A stretch of 64,000 bases of DNA from NCBI GenBank assembly GCA_963826115.1, contig CAWGVS010000005.1:1472001-1536000 (forward strand). Reading direction: 5' to 3'. The notes below the pieces were generated by a model. That model had not been told where the DNA came from, did no database searches, and saw only the letters and a list, made by a program, of their open reading frames with translations. How positions within the stretch are numbered: position 1 is the first letter of the stretch; each line of letters opens with the position of its first letter. The position numbers were made by a program, and so were the translations under genes. Origin of the DNA: an uncultured Candidatus Rokubacteria bacterium (GTDB lineage: Bacteria > Methylomirabilota > Methylomirabilia > Rokubacteriales > DASRDR01). This document shows, piece after piece, positions 19,210 through 30,154 of the stretch.

Positions 19210-22200
19210 GGGCGCGCCGAGCGCCCGCGGGATCGCGGCCGCCCTCGGGCTCGCGCTCCTGAGCCTCACCCCGCTGACCCTACGCGTCCCACCCGCTCAC
19301 GCCGCCGACTGTCAGGACTGGATCGCGAGGACGGTCTCCGTCCAGGGCCGCGTCGAGACGCGTCGCACCGGCGAGGCCCAGTGGTTCCCGGTGAAGCTCG
19401 AGACGCACCACTGCCCGGGCGACGCGGTCCGCCTCGGTCCCCTGAGCCGCGCGGCCCTCGTCCTCCGGGACGGCGCGGTCCTGCGGCTCGACCAGAACAC
19501 GACGATCACGTTCACGCCCCCGCCGGAGCGGACGGGCACGTGGCTCGACCTGATCACGGGCGCCGTCCACTTCTTCAGCCGGATGCCGCGCGGCCTCCGC
19601 GTCACGACGCCGTTCGTCAACGGCTCCGTCGAGGGGACCGAGTTCCTGATCGAGGTGGACGCCGCCGAGTCGCGCATCTCGGTGTGGGAGGGGCGCGTGC
19701 GCGCCGAGAACCCGCAGGGCGTTCTCGATCTCGTGGCAGGGCAGTCGGCGGCCGCCCGGGCCGGGCAAGCTCCCACGCTGCGCGGCATCGTGGTGCGGCC
19801 GACCGACGCCGTGACGTGGGCGATCTATTACCCGCCGGTCCTCGACCTCCGGCCTGACGACTTCCCCGACCGCCCGGACCAGCCGTGGCGCGCGGACCTC
19901 CAGCGCTCGATTGCCGCCGCCCAGGCAGGCGATCTCGAGCAGGCGTTCGCGAGTCTTGCCCGCGTGCCCGATCCCGCTCCCGATCCTCGCGTGGGCGCGT
20001 ACCGCGCGAGCCTCCTCCTGTCTGTCGGCCGCGTGGAGGAGGCCAAGCCGTTGATCGAGCGGATCCTCGCCCAGGATCCCGGCAACGCCGCGGCCCTCGC
20101 GCTCCGCGCGGTCGTGGCCGTCGTGGCCAACGACGGCGTGGCTGCGCTGAGGGACGCCGACGAGGCGGTCACGCGCGATCCAGCCTCGGTGTCCGCGCGG
20201 GTTGCCCAGTCCTACGCCCGGCAGGCCACGACCGACCTCGACGGCGCGCGCGCGAGCCTGGAGGAGGCGGTCCGCCTGGCCCCGCAGAGTGCGCTCGCCC
20301 GGGCCCGCCTGGCCGAGATCCTGCTCGCCCAGGGCCACGTGAACCGAGCGCGGGATGAGGCGCAGGAGGCGGTGCGTCTGGGCCCGGGCCTCGGCCGCAC
20401 GCACACGATCCTGGGCTTCGTCCACCTCGCGCGCTTCGACCCCGCTCGCGCCATCGAGGCCTTCGATTTGGCGATCCCCGGAGATCCCGCATCGCCACTG
20501 CCGCGCGTCGGCCGCGGGCTCGCGAGAATCCGACAGGGCCACCTCCAGGAAGGCCGGGAGGAGCTCGAGATCGCCGTCGGCCTGGATCCCGGGGACTCCC
20601 TCCTCAGGAGCTATCTCGGCAAGGCGTACTACGAGGAGCGGCGCCCTGGCCGTGCGGCCGTCCAGCTCGATCGGGCGACGGAGCAGGACGACAAGGACCC
20701 CACGCCGCATCTCTACAATGCCATCCTGCTCCAGAGCATCAACCGCCCGGTGGAGGCGCTCGACGCCATCGAGCGCTCGATCGAGCGGAACAACAACCGC
20801 GCGGTGTACCGATCGTCCGACCTCCTCGGGCGGGACCTCGCCACCCGAAGCGTGGGCCTCGCCCGGATCTACGACGATCTCGGATTCACGCAGCTCGCGC
20901 TGATGGAGGGGTGGCGGTCTCTGGCCGACGACCCGTCGAGCGACTCGGCGCACCGCTTCCTCGCCGACGCATACTCGGTCCTCCCGCGCCACGAGATCGC
21001 CCGAGTGAGCGAGATCCTCCAGTCTCAGCTCTACCAGCCGCTCAGCCTCCACCCCGTCCAGCCGGAGGTCGCGCTGAGCCAGTCGTTCATCCTCCGGGGC
21101 GCCGGCCCGGCCGACCCCGCGTTCAACGAGTACAACCAGCTCTTCGAGCGCAACGGGATCTCGGTCCTCGCGGGCGGCCTGGTGGGCTCGAACGACACGT
21201 TCGGGGATCAGATCCAGCTGTCCGGGCTGTACGGCCCCCTGTCGGTCAGCCTGAGCCAGCTCCACTACCAGACGGACGGCTTCCGCCCGAACAACGACCA
21301 GACGCGGGACGCCTACGACGTCTTCGCCCAGCTCGCCATCGGTCCCTCGACGAGTGTCCTGTTCGATTTCCGCTACGAGGACGCCAAGCAGGGGGACCTC
21401 CCTCTCCGCTTCGACCCCGCGAACTTCAATCCCGATATCCGGCAGGACGAAAAGACCCTGAGCGCGCGGCTGGGCTTCCGGCACGCGTTCGCGCCGGGCT
21501 CGGAGCTCATCGGGACGGCGGCCTACCTCGACGCCGAGTTCCCGACCAGGGACGTCTTCCCGGGCTTCGACCTCCACACCGACCTGAAGGGCTGGCTGGG
21601 CGAGCTCCAGTACGCCTTCCGGCACCGGCGGGTTCGGCTGATCGCCGGCACCGGCTACTTCGACGCCGACCGAGAGGACTCGTCGACCGACGCGACGGCG
21701 GGCGACCCGATCACGTTCGAGACGAAGGAAGACATTCACCACGCGAACCTGTACGTCTACACCTTGCTCAACTGGCCGGACCCGGTCACGTGGACCCTCG
21801 GCGTGAGCGGCGACTTCTACGACAGCACGCAGGCGGGGTTCTCCCGGGACCAGGTCAACCCCAAGGTGGGCGTCCAGTGGACCCCCTTCCCGAGCACCAC
21901 GGTGCGCGCTGCCTTCTTCCGGACGCTCAAGCGCCAGCTGGTCTCCAACCAGACCATCGAGCCGACCCAGGTCGCGGGGTTCAACCAGTTCTTCGACGAC
22001 GTCGACGGGACCGACGCCTGGCGCTACGGGCTCGGCATCGACCAGAAGATCGGGGCGCGCGCGGCCGTCGGCGCGGAGTTCTCGGCCCGCGACCTGAGCC
22101 TGCCGTTCGTGGACATCTCCAACCCGGAGGCGCCGGTCACCGCCCGGGCGGACTGGAGCGAGAAGTTCGTGCGCGCCTACGCGTACTGGGCGCCGTTCTC

Positions 22201-22597
22201 CTGGATGGCGCTGACCGCCGAGTACTTCTACGAGTGGTTCGACCGAGACTCGGCGTTCCCGGGGCCGGATCTGTTCACCGAGCTCCGCACGCACCGGGTC
22301 CCGCTCGGCGTCAGCTTCTTCCACCCGACTGGGTTGACCCTGCGGCTCCGGCTGACGTACATCAACCAGGAGGGGCAGTTCGTCAACATCGAGGACAACA
22401 GCACGGCGCGGGGCCAGGACTCGTTCTGGGTGGCCGACGCGTCGATTTCGTACCGTCTGCCGAAGCGCTTCGGAATCATCACGCTCGAGGGCCGCAACCT
22501 GACGAACGAGAAGTTCCGCTTCCAGGACACGGACCCCTCGAGCCCGATCGTGACCCCGGAGCGCTACATCCTGCTGAGGTTCACCTTGGCCTACTGA
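19112..22597 (+). CDS. FecR-domain / TPR / TonB-receptor-like beta-barrel outer membrane protein (NsrA-like architecture)
   Basis: Signal peptide ending PAHA, FecR motif TPFVNGSVEGTEF, multiple TPRs, amphipathic beta strands ending FTLAY; ATG 19112 has a GGAGG SD. Confidence 0.85.
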   Translation: MGQAASTSGCAKATRRRRRRPTGTASSGWTRSRGAPSARGIAAALGLALLSLTPLTLRVPPAHAADCQDWIARTVSVQGRVETRRTGEAQWFPVKLETHHCPGDAVRLGPLSRAALVLRDGAVLRLDQNTTITFTPPPERTGTWLDLITGAVHFFSRMPRGLRVTTPFVNGSVEGTEFLIEVDAAESRISVWEGRVRAENPQGVLDLVAGQSAAARAGQAPTLRGIVVRPTDAVTWAIYYPPVLDLRPDDFPDRPDQPWRADLQRSIAAAQAGDLEQAFASLARVPDPAPDPRVGAYRASLLLSVGRVEEAKPLIERILAQDPGNAAALALRAVVAVVANDGVAALRDADEAVTRDPASVSARVAQSYARQATTDLDGARASLEEAVRLAPQSALARARLAEILLAQGHVNRARDEAQEAVRLGPGLGRTHTILGFVHLARFDPARAIEAFDLAIPGDPASPLPRVGRGLARIRQGHLQEGREELEIAVGLDPGDSLLRSYLGKAYYEERRPGRAAVQLDRATEQDDKDPTPHLYNAILLQSINRPVEALDAIERSIERNNNRAVYRSSDLLGRDLATRSVGLARIYDDLGFTQLALMEGWRSLADDPSSDSAHRFLADAYSVLPRHEIARVSEILQSQLYQPLSLHPVQPEVALSQSFILRGAGPADPAFNEYNQLFERNGISVLAGGLVGSNDTFGDQIQLSGLYGPLSVSLSQLHYQTDGFRPNNDQTRDAYDVFAQLAIGPSTSVLFDFRYEDAKQGDLPLRFDPANFNPDIRQDEKTLSARLGFRHAFAPGSELIGTAAYLDAEFPTRDVFPGFDLHTDLKGWLGELQYAFRHRRVRLIAGTGYFDADREDSSTDATAGDPITFETKEDIHHANLYVYTLLNWPDPVTWTLGVSGDFYDSTQAGFSRDQVNPKVGVQWTPFPSTTVRAAFFRTLKRQLVSNQTIEPTQVAGFNQFFDDVDGTDAWRYGLGIDQKIGARAAVGAEFSARDLSLPFVDISNPEAPVTARADWSEKFVRAYAYWAPFSWMALTAEYFYEWFDRDSAFPGPDLFTELRTHRVPLGVSFFHPTGLTLRLRLTYINQEGQFVNIEDNSTARGQDSFWVADASISYRLPKRFGIITLEGRNLTNEKFRFQDTDPSSPIVTPERYILLRFTLAY

Positions 22598-22617
22598 CCC
22601 CTTGACAGGAGGTCCCC

Positions 22618-23016
22618 ATGAGCGCCCTCGCCCGTTCGTGTGGCCTGACGCTCGGCCTCGTGACCGCATGCCTCGCGCTCGCGGCCGGCTGCGCCGGCCG
22701 GCAGCAGGAAGCGCCTCGGACCGCCGCGCCTTCGAAGTCCCAGGCGGCGCCGAACCGGACGCTGGCCCCGCCCGGGGTGATTGTCATCCTGACCGACCAG
22801 ACCGGCGCGCTCCTCGGAGCCGTCCACTTCCCGAATCCGGTTCCCGACCCGATCACCCTCAAGAAGTCCGATTTCGTCACCCCCAAGAGCGTCGATGAGG
22901 TGGCGCCGGAGAAGGTGTTCCTGAGCCCCGGCTTCCAGGCCGTCACGATCTTCGCGATGGGGGATCCATGCCACTACGTGGTCCAGGGTGGCAAGGCCGT
23001 CGTCGTGGGGTGCTAA
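22618..23016 (+). CDS. Small lipoprotein of unknown function
   Basis: AGGAGG SD, lipobox LAAGC, C-terminal PCHYVVQGGKAVVVGC. Confidence 0.75.
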   Translation: MSALARSCGLTLGLVTACLALAAGCAGRQQEAPRTAAPSKSQAAPNRTLAPPGVIVILTDQTGALLGAVHFPNPVPDPITLKKSDFVTPKSVDEVAPEKVFLSPGFQAVTIFAMGDPCHYVVQGGKAVVVGC

Positions 23017-23065
23017 TGACCGGCGGGCCCGACAAGCGCCCTGACTTCCGGCCCGGGAACGTCGC

Positions 23066-23806
23066 CTAGCGAGACGCCGGATCCGGACACGGAGCGGATA
23101 GCGCCGCGATCCGCTCCGCGGTGACGGGGTGGGCGTCCTCCCAGGGCGCCCACGCCCCCACGTCGGGCTTCCGGAGGCGCTCCTCGAGGAGGCCGACCAG
23201 CGCGTGGCAGCTCGACGCCTGCGCCGCGTCCAGCAGCGTGACGGCCATGGCGTCCGCCGCTTGCTCCTCCTCGGGAAGGTACGGCGTCCCCTGCAACGCC
23301 ATCGCGGTGGTCACACCCTTCCTTGCCGTGCCGATCCCCTTCGACACCAGGCCGCCGACTCCGGGGATGAAGCCCGCGGCCTTGGAGGCCGCGCCGCTCG
23401 CCGTCTTGATGTTCTTCTCCGTCGCCTTCCGAGCGTCCGCCCGCGCCTGGCGCGCCTCGGGGTGGGAGAGCTGCATGTGGGCGATCTCGTGCGCGAGGAG
23501 CGCGCGCAGCGTCGCGGGGTCGAGCATCGTGAGCGTGGGCGCGGTGAGGACCAGCCGGACCCGGCACGGCGCGTGCGGCATGACCGCCGCGCCGATCACG
23601 TCCACGTCCACCACCCCGTACGCGGCGGCGCAACCGTCGTCCGGCCCACGCCAGAGCTTCGCGGCCGTCAGGAGCGGCTCGAACGCTCCCGACACGGCCG
23701 CCCGCTGGGGCGCCGCGAGGTCGTGCGGCTTCGGGGGACCCTGCGCGGACGCGCACGCGGTCAGGGCGGCCAGCGCCGCAGCAAGGGCGAGCGCCCGCAA
23801 GCCCAT
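23066..23806 (-). CDS. M48-family metallopeptidase lipoprotein
   Basis: Lipobox LTAC; LAHEIAH, EEQAAD and HP...ERI motifs. Confidence 0.85.
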   Translation of the reverse strand: MGLRALALAAALAALTACASAQGPPKPHDLAAPQRAAVSGAFEPLLTAAKLWRGPDDGCAAAYGVVDVDVIGAAVMPHAPCRVRLVLTAPTLTMLDPATLRALLAHEIAHMQLSHPEARQARADARKATEKNIKTASGAASKAAGFIPGVGGLVSKGIGTARKGVTTAMALQGTPYLPEEEQAADAMAVTLLDAAQASSCHALVGLLEERLRKPDVGAWAPWEDAHPVTAERIAALSAPCPDPASR

Positions 23807-23868
23807 GACGCGTCCACCCTAGCAGCGCCTTCCGCGACTCGCAACGCGAGCGCGGCGGCGGGCGAGTC

Positions 23869-25827
23869 TCAGGGCTCGGGCGGGAGGAGGCGGACCTCCG
23901 CGGGCGGCCAGCGGAGCGCGAGCCGCGCTCCCGGGCGGAGCCCCGGCCTCTCCGCCCGGCGCGGCCGGGTCACCGTGACCCGCTCGCCGCCGTCGAGTCG
24001 CACCCGGAGACGCTCCACGGGCCCCGGGTCGGCGAGGTCCTCGACGACGCCTCCGAGCGCGCCGTCGCCGGGCGCGTCCGCGTCGTGGATCACCGCCGCG
24101 TCGGGACGAAGCAGCACGAGGACGCGCGCGCCAGGCCGGGCGGCCGTCCCGGCCGCCCCGAGCGACTGGCCGCCCGCGGTCCGGACGACGACGCGCTCGC
24201 CCTCCACCTCCACGACCACCGCTTCGAGGAGGCTCGACTCCCCGACGAACCCCGCGACGAATGCGCTGGCCGGCCGATCGTAGAGCTCGCGCGGCGCCGC
24301 CATCTGCTCGATTCGGCCCGCGCGCATGACGGCAACCCGGTCGGAGACGTCCATCGCCTCGTCCTGGTCGTGGGTCACGAGGACCACGGTGATGCCGAGC
24401 GATCGGTGGAGGTCGCGGAGCTCTGCCCGCAGTGCTTCTCGGAGGGCGCGGTCGAGGGCGCCGAACGGCTCGTCCATCAGGAGGACGCGCGGCCGGAAGA
24501 CCAGTGCGCGGGCGAGCGCGATCCGTTGCTGCTGGCCGCCCGACAGCTGGCGAGGCAGCCGATCGCCGTGACCGGGCAGGCGGACGAGATCGAGCATCGC
24601 GGTCACCTGCTCGTCCACCTCGCGGGCGGCAAGCCCTCGGACTCGGAGCGGGAACGCCACGTTCTCCCGGGCCGTGAGGTGCGGGAAGAGGGCGTAGTCC
24701 TGGAACACCATGCCGACCTCGCGGCGGTGCGGCGGCCGCGCCGCCACGTCCGCGCCGTCGATCAGGATGCGGCCGGCGTCGGGCGCCTCGAAGCCGGCGA
24801 CCAAATTCAGCACCGTGGTCTTGCCGCAGCCCGACGGCCCGAGGAGGGTCAGGAGCTCGCCGGCCTCGACCGCGAGCGTGAGGCCATCGACGGCGGTCAC
24901 CGTGCCGAAGCGCTTCGCAAGGCCGACGAGCTCGAGTCGGGCGCCGCCGGCAACTCCGCCCGGCGCGAGTCCGATCCGCGCGGCGGCCTGGCCCGGCGCC
25001 GGGACGGCCGGACGCTCCGCCGCCGCGTCGGGCTTCCCTTTCTCCCCGCGCCCGCCGGCCGCCAGGCGGGCGACCAAGGCCAGGAGGCCGAGCGCCACGA
25101 CCATCTGGAGCGTCGCCACCGCGGTCAGGAGCGGGTCGAACTCGTCCTGCGTGATCGTGCTCCACATCTTCCGCGGTAGCGTCGTGGCCGTGGGGCCGCC
25201 GACGAACAGCGCGACAACCACCTCGTCGAGAGAGACGATTGCCGCGAAGAGCATGCCCGCCAGAAGGCCGCGCCGGACGAGCGGCAGCGTGACCCGCCGG
25301 AGCGCCTGCCAGCCCGTCGCCCCGAGTCCCCGCGCCGCGCGCTCGAGCCGGGGGTCGAGGCCGCGCGCGGCCGCCTCCACGCTCAGCACGACGTAGGGCG
25401 CGCCGAGGGTCGCGTGGGCGAGGACCAGCGCGACGAGCGTGCCGCCGAGGCCCACCGCGGCGAAGGCGGCGTAGAGCGCGATGGCAACCAGCACGACCGG
25501 CACCATGATCGGCAGGAGAACCGCCGCGCGGATCGCCCGCCGGAGGCCGGGCCGCCCGGCGCCACGGCCGAGAGCGAGCCCCGCCGGCAAGCCGAGGAGC
25601 GCCGCGAGACCCGCGGCGAGCCCCGCCACCGTGGCGCTGGTGGCCGCCGCCTCGCGCCACTCCCGGTCGGCGAGCACGCGACCGTACCATTCGAGCGTCA
25701 GCGCGTCGGGCGGGAACGCGAGCCACGAGGTCCGGGCAAACGACATCGGCACGAGGGCGAGGATCGGGAGCAGCAGGAACGCGAGGCCAAGCCCCGCGGC
25801 GCTCCCCATCGCCATCCGGAACGGCAT
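23869..25827 (-). CDS. Fused ABC permease + ATP-binding protein (PotC-PotA type)
   Basis: N-terminal permease with EAA loop (LERAARGLGA), then GPSGCGKT, LSGGQ, LLMDEP, VTHD and a TOBE-like tail in one frame. Confidence 0.9.
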   Translation of the reverse strand: MPFRMAMGSAAGLGLAFLLLPILALVPMSFARTSWLAFPPDALTLEWYGRVLADREWREAAATSATVAGLAAGLAALLGLPAGLALGRGAGRPGLRRAIRAAVLLPIMVPVVLVAIALYAAFAAVGLGGTLVALVLAHATLGAPYVVLSVEAAARGLDPRLERAARGLGATGWQALRRVTLPLVRRGLLAGMLFAAIVSLDEVVVALFVGGPTATTLPRKMWSTITQDEFDPLLTAVATLQMVVALGLLALVARLAAGGRGEKGKPDAAAERPAVPAPGQAAARIGLAPGGVAGGARLELVGLAKRFGTVTAVDGLTLAVEAGELLTLLGPSGCGKTTVLNLVAGFEAPDAGRILIDGADVAARPPHRREVGMVFQDYALFPHLTARENVAFPLRVRGLAAREVDEQVTAMLDLVRLPGHGDRLPRQLSGGQQQRIALARALVFRPRVLLMDEPFGALDRALREALRAELRDLHRSLGITVVLVTHDQDEAMDVSDRVAVMRAGRIEQMAAPRELYDRPASAFVAGFVGESSLLEAVVVEVEGERVVVRTAGGQSLGAAGTAARPGARVLVLLRPDAAVIHDADAPGDGALGGVVEDLADPGPVERLRVRLDGGERVTVTRPRRAERPGLRPGARLALRWPPAEVRLLPPEP

Positions 25828-25828
25828 G

Positions 25829-26686
25829 TCAGCGCCGCCCCGCGCCGACGAGCGTCTCGAGCCGGAGTGCGCGCTGGGCCGGCACGAGCGCGACGACGGT
25901 CGCCAAGATCAGCACGAGCCCGAGCGCGGAGGCGAGCGGCCAGTCCTGGGTCTGGCTCACGTGCGCCTCGACCAGCATCGCGAGCGTCGTCACCTTCCCG
26001 CCCCCGAGGAGCGCCGGCGTGATGAAGAACCCGAGCGCGACCACGAACAGGAGGAGACTCCCCGCCCCCACCCCGGTCCGCGAGAGGGGCCACCAGACCC
26101 GGCGGAACGCCTGCCACTCGGTCGCCCCGAGCCCCGCGGCCGCGCGAAGGAGCCCGGGATCGATCGCGCGCATCGCGCCGTAGAGCGACAGGATCATGTA
26201 CGGGAGCAGCACGTGGACCATCCCGACGTGGACCCCGATCTCGTTGTAGACGAGCGGCACGGGCTCGCGCGTGAGACCGAGCGCCATGAGGAGGCGGTTG
26301 ACCGCCCCCTGGCGCTGGAGCAGCACCATCCAGGTGAAGCTCCGCGCGAGCACGCTGATCCAGAAGGGCGCGACGACCAGCGCCAGCAGGAGCTGCCCCC
26401 GCCAGCCTCGGGCCCGGGCGAGAAGGTACGCCACCGGGTACCCGAGGACGAGGCACAGGACGGTCACGGTCGCGCTCAGCCGGAACGTCCGGAGGAGCGC
26501 GTCACGGTAGAGCGGCGTGGCGACGAGGTCCCGCCACGGCGAGCTCGAGGGCGCGGTCGGCGCCGTCCCGGGCGCGAGGCTCCACACGAGCACGCGCGCG
26601 ATCGGTCCCACGAAGACGACAGCGAGGAAGACGAGGAGCGGCACGACGGGCCAGAGCGCCCGGCGGGTCGCGCTCCAGGGTGTCAT
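25829..26686 (-). CDS. ABC transporter permease (PotB type)
   Basis: LGYPVAY, PFWISVLAR, LPYMIL and FITPALLGG motifs. Confidence 0.92.
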   Translation of the reverse strand: MTPWSATRRALWPVVPLLVFLAVVFVGPIARVLVWSLAPGTAPTAPSSSPWRDLVATPLYRDALLRTFRLSATVTVLCLVLGYPVAYLLARARGWRGQLLLALVVAPFWISVLARSFTWMVLLQRQGAVNRLLMALGLTREPVPLVYNEIGVHVGMVHVLLPYMILSLYGAMRAIDPGLLRAAAGLGATEWQAFRRVWWPLSRTGVGAGSLLLFVVALGFFITPALLGGGKVTTLAMLVEAHVSQTQDWPLASALGLVLILATVVALVPAQRALRLETLVGAGRR

Positions 26687-26729
26687 GTGCCCCGCGGGGT
26701 CTCCCCGGCGCGGCCCGAGGCGCCGGGCC

Positions 26730-27812
26730 TCAGCCGAGGAACGTCAGCCAGCGCTTCTGGACCGCGTCGATGTTCTTGGCCCACCAGACGGCGTCGACCT
26801 GGAACTGCCGCTCCACGTTGCCGGGCGCCGTGGGCAGGAGCGCGAGGGTTTCCTTCGACATCTTCTGGTAGGCGAGCCGGTTCGGCACGCCGTACGGGAA
26901 CTGCTCGGCGAACTGCGCCTCGGGCTCCGCGCGGGCGTAGTGGGCCATGAGCCGCATGGCGGCGTCACGGTTCTTCGACCCCTTGGGCACGATCCAGAAG
27001 GACTGCATCCACGCGCCCTGGTCGAACGTCCAGTCGACGTCGGCGCCGGCCTTCTTCAGGTCGATGAGCCGCCCGCTGAACCCCTCGATCAGCTCGACCT
27101 CGCCCCCGCGGAGCAACGTCTGGATCTGCGCCGGGCTCTTGTACCAGACGTTGACGACGTCCTTCCGGCTCTCGAGGAAGCGGAAGGCGCGGTCCACGTC
27201 GAGGGGGTAGAGCCCGCCCGGCGCCACGCCGTCCGCGATGAGGGCGAACTCGAGGACGCCGACCGGCTGGCCGTACATCGCGCGCCGGCCCGGGAAGGCC
27301 TTCGCGTCGAAGAAGTCCTTCCACCCGCGGGGCTGACGCCCGGCCGGGAATTTCTGGCTGTTCCAACCGAGCGAGTAGGCGTAGGCCACGGAGCCGATGC
27401 CCCAGTCGCTCGCCGCCGTCGGGAGAAGGTCGCCGCGCGGGATCACGGAGTAATCCGCGCGCTCGAGCATGTCGTCCGCGGCCAGGCGCAGCATCATCTG
27501 CCCCTCGGCGTCGACCAGGTCCCACTCGACGGCGCGGGCCTGGACCATGGAGCGGATCTTGGCGATGTCCGGCACGCCCACCGTCCGAACCCGGATACCG
27601 GTCTCACGCTCGAACGGATCGTAGAAGAGCTTCCGCTGCGCCTCGCTGTAGGTGCCGCCCCAGGTGCACACGACGACCTCGCCGGCCTGCGCCCTCGCCC
27701 GCCGCGGCGCCGCCGCGAAGCCCGCCGCCGACGCCGCGACCCCGATCGCGCGGCCGAGGAAGTCCCGCCGCCCGATTCCCGTTCCCGCCATGATCCTTCG
27801 CTCCTCCGCCAT
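26730..27812 (-). CDS. Polyamine/opine-type ABC substrate-binding protein with Tat signal
   Basis: GRRDFL twin-arginine motif, TWGG, FPGRR and LEFALIADGV...LYPLDVDRAF; alternative start at 27791. Confidence 0.9.
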   Translation of the reverse strand: MAEERRIMAGTGIGRRDFLGRAIGVAASAAGFAAAPRRARAQAGEVVVCTWGGTYSEAQRKLFYDPFERETGIRVRTVGVPDIAKIRSMVQARAVEWDLVDAEGQMMLRLAADDMLERADYSVIPRGDLLPTAASDWGIGSVAYAYSLGWNSQKFPAGRQPRGWKDFFDAKAFPGRRAMYGQPVGVLEFALIADGVAPGGLYPLDVDRAFRFLESRKDVVNVWYKSPAQIQTLLRGGEVELIEGFSGRLIDLKKAGADVDWTFDQGAWMQSFWIVPKGSKNRDAAMRLMAHYARAEPEAQFAEQFPYGVPNRLAYQKMSKETLALLPTAPGNVERQFQVDAVWWAKNIDAVQKRWLTFLG

Positions 27813-27936
27813 GTGGACCTCCGCTCGCGTCCGCATTCTGTCGCGCTCGGTCAGCCTAGCACAGGCGTGCGGTCCCGCCGTACTCGCCGGTGCCATTGGC
27901 TGACACCGCCGCGCGGGGATTGGCGGCCGCGACGCC

Positions 27937-28935
27937 TCAGGGAGACCGCGCCCCGGCGAGGCGCGGGCGGATGATCCGGCGGAACGCCTCGATCTCGGGC
28001 TCCGGCATGTCGTAGCCGCCCGCGAGGGTGTGGGACGGGAAGAGGAACACGTGGTCCACTCCGGCCTCCTCGCTCGCGCGAAGAAGGCGATCGGCGCAGC
28101 GCTCGGGCGAGCCGAAGAGGCCGAACGCGTCCTCGATGTCCGCGGCAAGCCCGTCCGAGATCGCCTCGGGCACGGGCGACTCCGGCACCGGCAGGCCCGC
28201 GGCGCGGAGCCAGTAGAGATTCGAGGCGCTCGGGTAGGTCAGCCACGGGTGCCCGGGGGCGAACCACGCGCGGGGCCAGCGGAACGCGGGCACGCCGTCT
28301 CCGTCGAGGCCAATGGTCACGATGAACGCCGTCCGGAATCCGGCGAGGGACCGGCCGGCGCGGCGGGCGCCCGCCTCGAGATGACGGCGCGCCGCGGCCA
28401 CCGCATCCCGGTGGAGCCCGACCATGAGGAAGGCGCCGTCCGCCACCTCGCCGGCCAGCTCGACCATCCGCGGGCCCGCGGCGAGGAGGTAGACCGGAGG
28501 CGGCGGCGAGCCGAGGTTCCGCAGCCGGCTCGGCGGGTCGCCGAAGGCGACGGACTCGCCGGCGAGCAGGCGCCGGAGTCCCAGCACCGCTTCGCGCATC
28601 GCCGCCACGGTCGCGCGGGGCTGCCCGACGCTGCGCGCCGACAGGAAGCCCGGGGCGATCGTCAGGGCCACGCGCCCGGGGGCGAGCTCGTCGAGGCTGT
28701 GGGCGAGCGACGCCAGCAGCACCGGGTGGCGGACCACGGGGCTCGACGTCGCCGGGTAGAGGTGCAGCCGCCGCGTCCGCTCGGCGGCCAGCGCGAGGAC
28801 GAGGTACGCGTCGCGCCCGCTGTGCGGATGGTCGTGGACGCCGACGCCGTCGAAGCCGGCGTCCTCGCACCGCGCGATGACGGCCGCGACCTCCGGAATG
28901 GGGCGGCCGACGGGGACCCGGATGTCGATCCGCAT
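27937..28935 (-). CDS. LLM-class flavin-dependent oxidoreductase
   Basis: AGFDGVGVHDH, VRHP...LDELAPGR and AAGPRMVELAGEVADG motifs. Confidence 0.9.
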   Translation of the reverse strand: MRIDIRVPVGRPIPEVAAVIARCEDAGFDGVGVHDHPHSGRDAYLVLALAAERTRRLHLYPATSSPVVRHPVLLASLAHSLDELAPGRVALTIAPGFLSARSVGQPRATVAAMREAVLGLRRLLAGESVAFGDPPSRLRNLGSPPPPVYLLAAGPRMVELAGEVADGAFLMVGLHRDAVAAARRHLEAGARRAGRSLAGFRTAFIVTIGLDGDGVPAFRWPRAWFAPGHPWLTYPSASNLYWLRAAGLPVPESPVPEAISDGLAADIEDAFGLFGSPERCADRLLRASEEAGVDHVFLFPSHTLAGGYDMPEPEIEAFRRIIRPRLAGARSP

Positions 28936-28956
28936 CAGTCGGGCGTCGCCCGCGCC

Positions 28957-30117
<1,161 letters not shown>

Positions 30118-30154
30118 GACCGGTGATGATACCATCCCCTCCCGTGGGAGCCGC

